DNA from: Coleofasciculus sp. D1-CHI-01
GTDB lineage: Bacteria > Cyanobacteriota > Cyanobacteriia > Cyanobacteriales > Coleofasciculaceae
Length of the DNA stretch: 64,000 bases
Direction: 5' to 3' (one strand)
NCBI GenBank assembly: GCA_040218875.1
Contig: JAVJQP010000092.1
The notes beneath the pieces were generated by a model that was not told where the DNA came from, searched no databases, and saw only the letters and a list, made by a program, of their open reading frames with translations. Position 1 is the first letter of the stretch. Every line of letters starts with the position of its first letter. Below, in pieces: positions 1-9,962 of this stretch. Position numbers and translations under genes: made by a program.

Positions 1-5
1 TTTGC

Positions 6-266
6 TTGACTTCGGAAGGAACAGACATTCTGAATAAAAGCTATAAAGTGAAAATATGTGCGTTAATTAGAAAAATATTAGAGCATGAAGCTTTCTATAA
101 AAGCTTTGAGTCTACTATGAGCAATGGAGAAATTCCTGAAAAAAATGAGGTTTGTGAAATTATGTCAACTTGTGATTTAAGTATAAGTCAAACAACTATA
201 GAAAGACGCTCTAGTACTGTTCGTGGATGGATAGCTTGGATATTGAAATTGACATCTGATGTTTGA
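6..266 (+). CDS. hypothetical protein, probably the C-terminal part of a gene starting left of the window
   Basis: The frame is open to the window edge. The sequence is clearly AT-richer than neighbouring genes. No motif was recognised. Confidence 0.25.
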   Translation: MTSEGTDILNKSYKVKICALIRKILEHEAFYKSFESTMSNGEIPEKNEVCEIMSTCDLSISQTTIERRSSTVRGWIAWILKLTSDV

Positions 267-364
267 CAGGGCGAAGAATTCGCGACGGCAATTTAGCCGT
301 CGAACCGAAAAATTTGGGCGCAAATGCGAGAGTCCCTACGAATGTTGCGAATGCGTTAATTTTT

Positions 365-372
365 GCGATCGC
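365..372. repeat. HIP1 octamer GCGATCGC (one example of many copies across the window, e.g. also 457-464 and 2895-2902)
   Basis: Exact GCGATCGC palindrome read in the sequence. The highly iterated palindrome is a cyanobacterial hallmark. Confidence 0.9.
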
Positions 373-427
373 TAACTGCTTTTTATGGCTTTGTGTTGAC
401 AAAAATTTTAATGTTATTCATAAAAAT

Positions 428-448
428 AGGGTGGGCATTGCCCACCCT
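428..448 (-). terminator. Rho-independent terminator downstream of the GH13 gene
   Basis: Hairpin agggtgggc-att-gcccaccct (8-9 bp GC-rich stem). On the minus strand it is followed by a T-rich run (attttta), 29 nt after the stop at 477. Confidence 0.6.
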
Positions 449-476
449 ACAAAGATGCGATCGCGGATTGGATGGC

Positions 477-2129
477 TTACTGCCAGACAAACACTTTGGC
501 TTCGTATCCGCCAAGGTCAAGGGTTAAAGTGTTATTGCTGGCTTCCACCTCATAGTTACCTGTCCATTCGTGCCAAATTCCATTCTCCGGAAAGTTGGAA
601 AGAGTATATCCAGTGAGGAAATTATCAGAAAAATTGGCAACGACAGCAACACGAGAGCCTTCACCATTCCAGCGCACATACGCCATAACTTTGGTGTTTG
701 CATCTTCAAAGAAGAAATTAATGTTCTCTGTATAGAGAGCCTGATTGTTTTTTCGCAGTCCGATTAACCCTTTATAGTAGTCGCACAACCCGCGATTATA
801 ATCATTACTCAGTAGTTGCCAATTAATCTTTCTGGATTCAATGGATTTCGGCTGATATTCCCCAAACTCTTCACCCATCCAGAGTAAGGGAATACCGACT
901 GCTGTCATTAACAAAACTGCCCCTAACTTGAGCCGTTTGAAAGCTTCTTCATCAAAGATTTCCCGATTGGCTAACTCAACCATCAGGCGTTCGTGATCGT
1001 GGTTACTTAGGTAATTTACGACATTAGTCGCTCCTAGGTAGCCTTGACGCTTACAATCAATCACATCCTTAAGAGATTCTAAATCAAACCTGTCACCACA
1101 GATATGAGGTTTGACCGTGTGGTAAAAGCTATCATGCCAGCAACCATCCATCGGTCCATCAACATTGGTGATGCTGGGATTTTCGGGGATGTATTCAGCC
1201 ACGTTGTAAAATGGCTTTGCCTCTGCCGTTTTTTTAGTCTCTTGGACAATCCAATGCATAAAATCGTAGCTAGCCATTTGCCGCGCCGCGTCGTAGCGAA
1301 TGCCATCAATATGATATTCCGTGATCCAGAAACGAACCACATCACCGATAAACTTCCGCGCTGGGTAAGTCTCTAGCTTTTCGTCATAATGTTCGTAGTT
1401 GAATTCGGGTCCCCAGTTGTTATCCGGGTCACGAGGAGAGTGATGATACCAGTAATCATAGTCAATTTGGGTGAGGGGGCTTTCTGATTCTGAGTGGTTG
1501 TAGATCCCATCCATAATCACACGAATCCCTTTGCCATGACACTCATCGATCAGATGTTTCAATTCATCGGTAGAACCATAGCTAGACTCAGTAGCAAAGA
1601 AATAGCGAGGATTGTACCCCCAACTGTAGTCACCGGGATATTCTTTGATAGGCATTAACTCAATGGCATTAATTCCCAGTTCCACCAGATAATCTAATTT
1701 TTCAATAACATGCTGGTAATTCCCCCGTGGATAAGGGTCATCTTCGCCACCGGAAAAGTCACCGACATGCATTTCATAGATGACTAATTCATGGTCAGGA
1801 GGTAGGGGTTTATCATCATGCATCCAAACGTAAGTATCAACGATGCGTTGTCCATCTTTGAGCCGCACGACGCAGTTTTGAGTCGAATCTTCAATATCGG
1901 TAGCGTAGGGATCATTGACCTCTACCCATTGATCGGCTTCAAAAAACCAAGATTTGGATTTAACCCGGAATTTGTATTTATAAATACCATCTTCAAGTTC
2001 AACGGACGTGCGAAAATACCCCTGCTTATCTTTCTCCATGGGAATTTCTTCCCAATTGGAGAAACAGCTAACCAATGAGGCTCCTTCGTTGTAAGGAGCA
2101 AATAAAGCAAATTCAATGGCAGCAGTCAT
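477..2129 (-). CDS. alpha-amylase family (GH13) glycoside hydrolase with N-terminal CBM48/E-set-like domain
   Basis: 550-aa ORF. The N-terminal beta-sandwich-like segment (GIYKYKFRV) is followed by GH13 conserved regions: GIRYDAARQM (region II Asp), AEYIPE (region III Glu) and NYLSNHDHERL (region IV). Confidence 0.85.
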   Translation of the reverse strand: MTAAIEFALFAPYNEGASLVSCFSNWEEIPMEKDKQGYFRTSVELEDGIYKYKFRVKSKSWFFEADQWVEVNDPYATDIEDSTQNCVVRLKDGQRIVDTYVWMHDDKPLPPDHELVIYEMHVGDFSGGEDDPYPRGNYQHVIEKLDYLVELGINAIELMPIKEYPGDYSWGYNPRYFFATESSYGSTDELKHLIDECHGKGIRVIMDGIYNHSESESPLTQIDYDYWYHHSPRDPDNNWGPEFNYEHYDEKLETYPARKFIGDVVRFWITEYHIDGIRYDAARQMASYDFMHWIVQETKKTAEAKPFYNVAEYIPENPSITNVDGPMDGCWHDSFYHTVKPHICGDRFDLESLKDVIDCKRQGYLGATNVVNYLSNHDHERLMVELANREIFDEEAFKRLKLGAVLLMTAVGIPLLWMGEEFGEYQPKSIESRKINWQLLSNDYNRGLCDYYKGLIGLRKNNQALYTENINFFFEDANTKVMAYVRWNGEGSRVAVVANFSDNFLTGYTLSNFPENGIWHEWTGNYEVEASNNTLTLDLGGYEAKVFVWQ

Positions 2130-2524
2130 TTATTTGATCCCCTTAGGGTAAAATAAGGATTGTTTAAACATGATGCTTATCATAAGCGGTATTTTCCAGA
2201 GATAGCTATCTAGCCGAAGATAGATATTGCAATGCCTCTGTCATTGTTATTGTCTATTCTCGTCTTCAATTTAACGTTGATGGGTTGGCAATTTGCTCCT
2301 CTTGTCGTGGACGTGAGGATTGTCCTCTTTCACTAGGAGTTCCCCAACTCGATACACCCGACTGGAGGATATATTTTTCCCAAGTCTTAAGTAATATAAA
2401 CAGGTGAGGACAAGTTTACCCCTCCGGGGATGGCATTGCCTGACAGTTCTCACCATCTGAACCCACAATCTAACGATGGACTGTCGCTTACAATCCGAGT
2501 TACTTCCATCATCAGAACACAACT

Positions 2525-3976
2525 ATGGCATCCTCTGACTCCCAAACCTCTATCCCTGAACCTTCAGACCAAGCGTGGGAATCCTCGGATTCTATTATCT
2601 CCGACGCCGACCAACCTCTAAGGAAATCCTCAAATAAGCCTAAATTATGGCTGGGGTTGTTACTCACTCTGTTAGTTTTCGGTGGTGGGGGTTGGGCGGC
2701 TTGGCGTTTTTTACTGCAAAATAACTCACCTCCCACCGCCCAGCAACCTCAAGCCACCCCGGTAAAACTGGAGCAGGTAGACTCAAGTACCCTGGAAGAC
2801 AGTTCTCAGTTTGTGAGTACCTTAGAGGCGGAACAAAAGGTCGAATTGCGACCTGAAACCGCTGGTCGAATTACCCGAATCGTTGCTTCATCAGGCGATC
2901 GCATCCAAGCTGGAGATATAATTCTACAACTGAAGCCAGAACGAAGTGAAGCTGAACTCAGAAGTGCGATCGCGGATGTGAATGCACAAACCGCTACCCT
3001 GAATAATGCTCAAGCCGAAGTCAGAGCCGCCCAAGCCGACATTGCCCGTCTCAAAGCGGAAGTGGGGCGTCAAGCGGCTGAAGTGCAAAGCCGAGAAGCA
3101 GACTTAGAACTGGCGCGAGTCAACTATCAACGGGCAGAACAGTTGGTGTCTCAGGGGGTTCAACCTAGACAAGAACTCGATGATAAAAAACGCGATCGCA
3201 ATCAAGCCATCGCCGCCCGTGATGCAGCCGCTCAAGCCTTAGCCGCCTCTAAGGAAGCCCTGAATGTGTCACAACAACGAGTCCAAGCCGCCCAAGCCAC
3301 GGAAGCTAGAGTCGCTGCGAACCTGTCTAGTGCGAGGGCGGATGTGGAGGTAAAACAGGAAGAGTTGCAATTTAATCGCGTCGTCGCTCCCATTGATGGA
3401 GTCGTTGGAGATATTCCCGTCAAAGTGGGAGACTATGTAAATGTGGGTGATACCCTCACCACCATTACTCAAAACCAAACCTTAGAAGTCGAAATTCCCA
3501 TTGACGAACAGGACAAAGAGAGGATGCGCCAGGGACTCACCGTGGAGCTACGGAACCAAGGTATCCCGGACAGTGAACCACCCATTGCAACAGGGCGGAT
3601 TAACTTTATTTCACCACAAGTGGATAAAAATACCCAAACCCTCTTGACAAAAGCAACTTTTTCTAATCCAAATGGTCGCCTGTACGATCAACAGAAAGTG
3701 GATGCACGAGTCATCTGGGAAAAACGCTCTGGGGTGTTAATTCCCGTTAATGCTGTGTCTCGTATGGCTGGTAAACCCTTTGTCTTTGTCGCCCAACCCC
3801 CAGAGGAAGCCAAACCGGGCGCACCTGAACTCATCGCCCAGCAACGACCAGTGAAATTGGGTAGTATTCAAGGGAATCGATATCAAGTTATCGAGGGTAT
3901 CGAACCTGGAGATAGAATCGTTGTCTCCGGTATCCTTAATTTGTCCGATGGTGCTGCGATTATTCCAGATTCTTAG
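2525..3976 (+). CDS. efflux RND transporter periplasmic adaptor (HlyD/AcrA-type membrane fusion protein)
   Basis: It has an N-terminal TM segment (LWLGLLLTLLVFGGGGWAAW), a long Ala/Gln-rich coiled-coil hairpin, and a RVVAPIDGVVGDIPVKVGDYV barrel/lipoyl-like segment. It lies directly upstream of an RND permease. Confidence 0.8.
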   Translation: MASSDSQTSIPEPSDQAWESSDSIISDADQPLRKSSNKPKLWLGLLLTLLVFGGGGWAAWRFLLQNNSPPTAQQPQATPVKLEQVDSSTLEDSSQFVSTLEAEQKVELRPETAGRITRIVASSGDRIQAGDIILQLKPERSEAELRSAIADVNAQTATLNNAQAEVRAAQADIARLKAEVGRQAAEVQSREADLELARVNYQRAEQLVSQGVQPRQELDDKKRDRNQAIAARDAAAQALAASKEALNVSQQRVQAAQATEARVAANLSSARADVEVKQEELQFNRVVAPIDGVVGDIPVKVGDYVNVGDTLTTITQNQTLEVEIPIDEQDKERMRQGLTVELRNQGIPDSEPPIATGRINFISPQVDKNTQTLLTKATFSNPNGRLYDQQKVDARVIWEKRSGVLIPVNAVSRMAGKPFVFVAQPPEEAKPGAPELIAQQRPVKLGSIQGNRYQVIEGIEPGDRIVVSGILNLSDGAAIIPDS

Positions 3977-4011
3977 TTATTTGTCATTCGTCATTCGTCA
4001 TTTGTGATAAT
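3977..4011. repeat. STRR-like tandem heptamer array (TCATT[CT]G family)
   Basis: ttatttg tcattcg tcattcg tcatttg tgataat, starting right after the adaptor stop codon. Confidence 0.85.
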
Positions 4012-4025
4012 TGAACGGTTAGGTC

Positions 4026-4083
4026 AGGGCGGGTTTAGTTATATCAGGGTGAAAACGAAACGTTAGTGATAAAACCCGCCCCT
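4026..4083. repeat. imperfect long-loop palindrome (agggcgggttt ... aaacccgcccct)
   Basis: About 11-bp arms with one bulge around a ~35-nt loop. The related gggcgg/ccgcc palindrome at 29747-29808 suggests a small repeat family. Confidence 0.5.
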
Positions 4084-4133
4084 ACAAAAGATGCTTCCCC
4101 ATCTCCCCCAGCTCCCCATTCCCTAAAATTTAA

Positions 4134-7100
4134 ATGTTTGTTGAATTTTTTATTAAACGACCTGTATTTACAACTGTTTGTTCCCTGATCATCTTACTCA
4201 TCGGAGCAATTAGTATTCCCACGCTTCCTGTTGCCCAATATCCTGATATTAGTCCCAAACAAGTTAGTGTCCAAGCCAACTATAACGGTGCCGATGCTCA
4301 AACCGTGGAAAATGCGGTGACGACTATCTTGGAACGGGCAATTAATGGTGTCGATGGGATGCGCTACATGACATCAAGTAGTAGTAATGATGGCACCAGT
4401 TCGATCAATATCACCTTTGCAGCAGACAAAGATCAAGATATTGCAGCAGTTGATGTCCAAAATCGCGTCTCTTTAGCTGAACCCCAATTGCCAGAATCTG
4501 TACTCCAAACCGGGGTCACGGTAAATAAGGAATCGGCTAACTTCCTAATGGCATTTGGTTTGTACTCAGAAAATGGTGAGTACGATAATCTCTTTTTAAG
4601 TAACTATGCAAACTTGTATTTGGTAGACGCCCTAAAACGAGTGAATGGGGTGGGAAATGTGCAAATTTTTGGCGAACGTACTTATGCGATGCGGCTTTGG
4701 CTTGATCCCCTGCGTCTTGCTAGTCGGAATCTGACGGCTCAAGATGTGGTGGATGCATTGCGGGAACAGAATATCCAGGTGGGTGCAGGGCGTATTGGTC
4801 AACCCCCCGCGCCAGAGGGACAGCAATATCAAATTGACTTACGGGCAATTAGCCGCTTGGAAACGGTTTCAGACTTTGAGGAATTGATTTTAGCCACCGA
4901 TGAAGATGGCACCCTGATTAAACTTAAAGACGTGGGACGTGTAGAATTGGGGGCGCAAAATTATGGCACGTTCCTGCGATTTCGGGCAAATGAAGCAGTC
5001 GGGTTGGGGATTAATACCGTTCCTGGGAGTAACGCCCTAGACGTAGGGAAAGCGGTGAAAGCAGAAATGGCAAAACTGGCGGCGGATTTCCCACCAGGGA
5101 TGACTTATGATATCGGGTTTGACACCACTGATTTTGTCAACCAGTCGCTGTCGGAAGTGGTGTTTACCCTGCTTAAAGCGGTGGGATTGGTGGTGTTGGT
5201 TATTTTTGTGTTTTTACAAGATTGGCGCACCACGATTATTCCGGCGATTACGATTCCCGTGTCTCTAATTGGTACGTTTGCCTTTGTCAAGATTTTTGAT
5301 TTTTCGATTAATAGTTTGACCTTATTTGGTCTAACCCTAGCCACGGGGATGGTGGTGGATGATGCAATTGTTGTAGTTGAAGATATCACCACCAAGATTC
5401 AACGGGGAGGGATTAAATCTCGACAAGCGGCGATTATTTCCATGCGGGAATTGGTGGGGGCAATTATCGCCACCTCATTGGTGTTAATGGCGGTATTTAT
5501 TCCAGTGGCTTTCTTTCCGGGGACAACGGGGGCGTTATATCGACAATTTGCGCTAACTATAGCCTTTTCAATTGCCGTTTCCACGTTTATGGCGCTGACG
5601 CTGACGCCAACCCTGTCTGGCTTAATCTTACGGCAAAAGCCAGAGGCGACCGGGTTTTGGGGTCACTTTTTTGATGGATTTAATTGGTTCCTAGAGGGAA
5701 TGCAGCAGCGATATCGACGATTTCTGATTATCCTGACTCGCGTGAAAACTCTGGTGATTGTGGCGTTTATTGGTTTATTAGCACTAACGGTGTGGGTTTA
5801 CGAAATTGTGCCATCCGCGTTTCTCCCGGATGAAGACCAAGGTTATTTTTTGACGATTGTCCAAGGACCAGAGGGTTCATCACTCAACTACACTCATGAT
5901 GTGATTGAGCAGATTGAAGATATTATTTTACCCTTGGATGAAGTGCGAGCCACGTTTGCGGTGGGGGGTTTTGGTTTTAGTGGGAATACGGCGAATAGCG
6001 CGATCGTTTTTACCACGCTGAAGCCTTGGTCAGAACGAACTGATCCCTCTCAGTCTGCTGAAGCTGTGATTAATAAAGTCCAGGGTGCTTTGTTTGGGAT
6101 TAAAGAAGCCAGAGTGTTTCCGGTGAATCCTCCCTCAATTCGCGGCTTGGGGAGTTTCGGTGGGTTTCAATTTCAACTGCAAGACCGCCGAGGTAATTTT
6201 AGCTTGGATTCGCTCATTGCAAATATGGGAAAATTGCTCGGTGCTGGTAATCAGAATCCCCAGTTGCAGGGGGTATTTAGTACCTATGCAGCCAATACCC
6301 CTCAGTTACAGATTGAGGTGAATCGTAATCGGGCGAAGGCGTTGGAGGTGGATATTGATGATATCTTTGAGACGTTGCAGACCTATTTAGGGTCGCGTTA
6401 TGTGAATGACTTTACCCTAGAACGACGCACCTATCGGGTTTATGTCCAAGCTGACGCTCAATTCCGCTCAAATCCAGAGGATATTAATCAACTTTATGTG
6501 CGTTCAGCACGGGATGAGATGATTCCTCTGGGGAATTTGGTCACGGTGACGCAAACCACAGGGGCGCAAACCATTAATCACTATAACTTGTTCCGCTCGA
6601 TTGAAATTAATGGGTCAGCCGCGTCGGGAGTTAGTTCGGGAGACGCAATTCAAGCCATGGAACAAGTCGCCGCCGAGGTATTACCGCCGGGATTAGGCTA
6701 TGAATGGTCTGGGTTATCGCTGGAGGAAATCCAGTCTGGCGGTCAAGCGACGATTATTTTCGGCTTTGGCTTGGTGTTTGTCTTCTTAGTGTTGGCGGCT
6801 CAATATGAAAGTTATATTGACCCGATTATTATTCTCTTGGCGGTTCCTCTGGCGATTTTGGGAGCGCTAATGGCGCAATCGTTGCGAGGTTTACCCAATG
6901 ATGTCTATTGTCAGATTGGCTTGGTGATGTTGATTGGTTTAGCCAGTAAGAACTCGATTCTGATTGTAGAATTTGCCAACCAGCTACGCGACCAAGGAAT
7001 GACGCTGAGGAAAGCCGCGATTGAGGCGGCGCAGCAGCGTTTGCGACCGATTTTGATGACAGCGATTTCTACATTGTTCGGGATTTTTCCCCTGGTAATC

Positions 7101-7313
7101 GCGACAGGTGCGGGATCAGGAAGCCGTCAATCCCTGGGAACGGCGGTGTTCGGGGGAATGTTCATCGCCACGTTCCTGAGTCTGTTTGTGGTTCCTATCC
7201 TCTATATTGTGATCAAATCGGGGAGCGATCGCTTATTTAATTCCTCTGGCAAAAACCAGAAGACACCGGAGTCACAAGAGCTTGAGCCGAAACCTGAAGT
7301 AACAATGCGGTAA
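4134..7313 (+). CDS. efflux RND transporter permease (AcrB/AcrD/AcrF family)
   Basis: 1059 aa. It has the typical N-terminus FFIKRPVFTTVCSLIILLIGAISIPTLPVAQYPDISP, two large periplasmic loops and 12 TM-type hydrophobic blocks. It is paired with the adaptor upstream. Confidence 0.92.
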   Translation: MFVEFFIKRPVFTTVCSLIILLIGAISIPTLPVAQYPDISPKQVSVQANYNGADAQTVENAVTTILERAINGVDGMRYMTSSSSNDGTSSINITFAADKDQDIAAVDVQNRVSLAEPQLPESVLQTGVTVNKESANFLMAFGLYSENGEYDNLFLSNYANLYLVDALKRVNGVGNVQIFGERTYAMRLWLDPLRLASRNLTAQDVVDALREQNIQVGAGRIGQPPAPEGQQYQIDLRAISRLETVSDFEELILATDEDGTLIKLKDVGRVELGAQNYGTFLRFRANEAVGLGINTVPGSNALDVGKAVKAEMAKLAADFPPGMTYDIGFDTTDFVNQSLSEVVFTLLKAVGLVVLVIFVFLQDWRTTIIPAITIPVSLIGTFAFVKIFDFSINSLTLFGLTLATGMVVDDAIVVVEDITTKIQRGGIKSRQAAIISMRELVGAIIATSLVLMAVFIPVAFFPGTTGALYRQFALTIAFSIAVSTFMALTLTPTLSGLILRQKPEATGFWGHFFDGFNWFLEGMQQRYRRFLIILTRVKTLVIVAFIGLLALTVWVYEIVPSAFLPDEDQGYFLTIVQGPEGSSLNYTHDVIEQIEDIILPLDEVRATFAVGGFGFSGNTANSAIVFTTLKPWSERTDPSQSAEAVINKVQGALFGIKEARVFPVNPPSIRGLGSFGGFQFQLQDRRGNFSLDSLIANMGKLLGAGNQNPQLQGVFSTYAANTPQLQIEVNRNRAKALEVDIDDIFETLQTYLGSRYVNDFTLERRTYRVYVQADAQFRSNPEDINQLYVRSARDEMIPLGNLVTVTQTTGAQTINHYNLFRSIEINGSAASGVSSGDAIQAMEQVAAEVLPPGLGYEWSGLSLEEIQSGGQATIIFGFGLVFVFLVLAAQYESYIDPIIILLAVPLAILGALMAQSLRGLPNDVYCQIGLVMLIGLASKNSILIVEFANQLRDQGMTLRKAAIEAAQQRLRPILMTAISTLFGIFPLVIATGAGSGSRQSLGTAVFGGMFIATFLSLFVVPILYIVIKSGSDRLFNSSGKNQKTPESQELEPKPEVTMR

Positions 7314-7494
7314 TATTTGTTAAAGGAATGCCGCCAAATGTATCAAAAACGATGAACAAAAATTATCTAATGTTAATAAATCCATAATTTTGTTGCAAAA
7401 ATTGACTTTAGTTACCCAGTTTCCCTAATCTTTGGTAAATGTAAACGTAGAATACAGCAAATTACTACAGTTTTTTCAGTTTAGGTTAGGGAAA

Positions 7495-7701
7495 ATGAAT
7501 AGTAAGCGAATTATTTTCTCCAGCGTTATCACGGGTATTGCGGGTGTAATTTTAGGCATCGGGGTGGCTGAAATTAATCATGCCGATCAGCGACCCAATG
7601 CCATGTCTCAATATGCCACAATTGGCGGGGTGATGGGATTAGCCGTGGGTGCGGGTCAACAGGCGCTGCGAGAATTAGAGGAATTGTCAGAAGAGTCATA
7701 A
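7495..7701 (+). CDS. small membrane protein (68 aa), function unknown
   Basis: An ATG at 7495 inside the 7432 TTG-started ORF. Two Gly/Ala-rich hydrophobic segments (VITGIAGVILGIGVA, IGGVMGLAVGAG). Confidence 0.4.
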   Translation: MNSKRIIFSSVITGIAGVILGIGVAEINHADQRPNAMSQYATIGGVMGLAVGAGQQALRELEELSEES

Positions 7702-7736
7702 GTAGGTGGGGACAATTAAAGTTAACGGCTGAGATC

Positions 7737-7778
7737 GTCATTTGTCATTCGTCATTTGTCATTTGTCATTTGTTATAC
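7737..7778. repeat. STRR-like tandem heptamer array GTCATT[TC] x6
   Basis: gtcattt gtcattc gtcattt gtcattt gtcattt gttatac read directly. Confidence 0.9.
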
Positions 7779-8038
7779 TCGCTACCCTTGAGAAGCAAGC
7801 TACGCCCTTTGTAAGGGTTTGAGGCTTGTTTACATAACTCCATAAGGTTGAATTTATTTCCGCAAACCTGCTTAATAGACGCGCTATATAGCGATCCTCG
7901 TATAACCAAGTAAATTTTAGCTGACAATTTAAGACTTTGAACCCGTTTTAACGGGTTTTAGCTTTTAGCCAGAACTTTAGTTCTCGGCTATTTCTGTGTG
8001 ACTTAAGCAATTTATTTCAGGCATTGACTACATCTTGA

Positions 8039-9394
8039 TTATCGGAATGACAGAACTTTTTTACGGTCGTTTTGCATAATTAATTCAAGTAACCAAAAAC
8101 AAACAACCGTTAAACCTGTCAAAACTGTACCCGTGGCAAAACACCAACTATATCCAAAACTCGCCGCTATATAGCCGCTGACAAGAGAACCCACCATTGT
8201 TGCCACCCCAATAATCGAATTATAGACTCCCAGAGCCATTCCTTCCTCACCTTTAGTTGCCAGACTTGCTACTGAAAGGGTACTGGCAACATTAATCACA
8301 GCCCAGGTTACACCCGTAAATAAATGAGCAAATCCAATCATAACTAAACTCGCTGGTGTTGGCTTTAAAAATGCCAGAAGGGTAAAAACAATAAAAACTG
8401 CCACCCGCACGGCTGTTCCCAGCGTTTGCCATCTAAGGCTGTCATGGTTTTGCACGAACCGACCGATGGGAAAATAGAGAAATGCCTCAATCAATGCCTT
8501 GCCAAAAATAATTAAGAAAATCAAGGAATTTGTCGCTCCCAAAACCTCAGCCAGAAAAATCGGGAAGGGAAGATAGACAATTTGAACCGCTAGAAAAAAT
8601 AGAGCCGAACACAGGTAATAAAGATAAAGGTGACTATAGAGGTTTTGATGTATCTGATTTAACCACTCTGGACGCAGAATAAAGTAAATCATCCGGGATG
8701 GATAAAACAGCACTCGCCGTTCAATAACACCGACAGAAAGTCGTCCGAGTAACGATGGGCTAAATAGGCGATTGGAACGAACCTGCTGCGGTTCCTGTAC
8801 CCAGATTAAACAGAGAATTAAGCTGAGAAATGTTGCCCCAGATGCAAAAACAAATAAACTTCGCATCGCTGAGACAGTACCCCACGAATCCGAGACAAGT
8901 TCTTGCCAAATCCCGCCGCCAATTAAAGCGATAACAAAACTCCAACCTCCAATCAGATAAAACCGACCAAAGGATTGAGACCATTGTTTTTCGGGAATAG
9001 TGTCTAATACGAGAGCAGTTGATACAGGAATAATGGCTGCCATCACAAATCCTGCCACTATACTGAATTGCTGCACTTGGATAAGATTGTCTGCCACACC
9101 AATCCGCCACATACACAAAGCAAATCCAACATATCCCAGAATTAGAAACGGGCGACGGTATCCTAATCGGTCAGAGAGATTTCCCCACAGGGTAAAAGCA
9201 ACCACACCAGCCAGGGAGACTAAGGAATTGGTTTTACCTACATCGGTGATACTCCCACCAACGACTTGCACGATAAACAGGGGAAGCAGGTTAATGAAAA
9301 AGCATTCTCCTATTTTGTACGGAACTAAATGGAAAAACCAAAGTGGCGTTGAAGATAACAAACTGATTTTAACCATAAGGTTTAGCCTGCTCAT
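8039..9394 (-). CDS. MFS transporter
   Basis: 451 aa, hydrophobic throughout (about 12 TM blocks). MFS motif-A-like GNLSDRLGYRRP between TM2 and TM3. Confidence 0.75.
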   Translation of the reverse strand: MSRLNLMVKISLLSSTPLWFFHLVPYKIGECFFINLLPLFIVQVVGGSITDVGKTNSLVSLAGVVAFTLWGNLSDRLGYRRPFLILGYVGFALCMWRIGVADNLIQVQQFSIVAGFVMAAIIPVSTALVLDTIPEKQWSQSFGRFYLIGGWSFVIALIGGGIWQELVSDSWGTVSAMRSLFVFASGATFLSLILCLIWVQEPQQVRSNRLFSPSLLGRLSVGVIERRVLFYPSRMIYFILRPEWLNQIHQNLYSHLYLYYLCSALFFLAVQIVYLPFPIFLAEVLGATNSLIFLIIFGKALIEAFLYFPIGRFVQNHDSLRWQTLGTAVRVAVFIVFTLLAFLKPTPASLVMIGFAHLFTGVTWAVINVASTLSVASLATKGEEGMALGVYNSIIGVATMVGSLVSGYIAASFGYSWCFATGTVLTGLTVVCFWLLELIMQNDRKKVLSFR

Positions 9395-9703
9395 CCCGGT
9401 TTAGATAAATGTGAAAGGCACTACCGTTTTCAGCGAGTATCGCTATTCAAAAGTAGAGACGTAGTAGGTTACGTCTTTTGAAAATTTAAAGAAGTCAAAA
9501 GGAATTTTATGTGGCTCATTTACGGTGAGAACAAGCCACATAAGACGGCTTTAAGTTTGCTATTGGCTTGGTGGCGAATTCCTGACTCTTCGTTGCTCAG
9601 AGCAAGTTTTCTGAAGCCAACAATTTGTAGTGAAGCTGCCAAGCTAATGCAAGATCTGTCCTGAGCAATATAGCCCGTGAATGCTAGATGTGAACGTTTC
9701 TGT

Positions 9704-9769
9704 TATAGCAATCGCCATAGCGGTTAGGACGCATCATTTATGTAGAGACGCGCTATGGCGCGTCTCTAC
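9704..9769. repeat. 66-bp dispersed repeat element ending in a GTAGAGACG...CGTCTCTAC palindrome (copy 1)
   Basis: tatagcaatcgccatagcggttaggacgcatcatttatgtagagacgcgctatggcgcgtctctac. A near-identical copy lies in inverse orientation at 39008-39072. Confidence 0.85.
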
Positions 9770-9898
9770 CCTAACGGATATGAGGTCTCCTTTAAAATCA
9801 AATGATTAGTATACATTTCTATATCCCTAAGTATACATCTTTTAAGCATCAATGGCTTGTTCCTTTTCCCTGTTCCCTCCCCTGACAAAGTGAGTGCG

Positions 9899-9926
9899 GT
9901 AGAGACGTTGCACCGAACATCTCTAC
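9899..9926. repeat. GTAGAGACG-N-CATCTCTAC palindromic unit (same family)
   Basis: gtagagacgttgcaccgaacatctctac. Further related units are at 9453-9476 and about 61838-61860. Confidence 0.7.
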
Positions 9927-9962
9927 TCGTTCATTAGTCAAAAAACGCAACAATGTCAAGGA

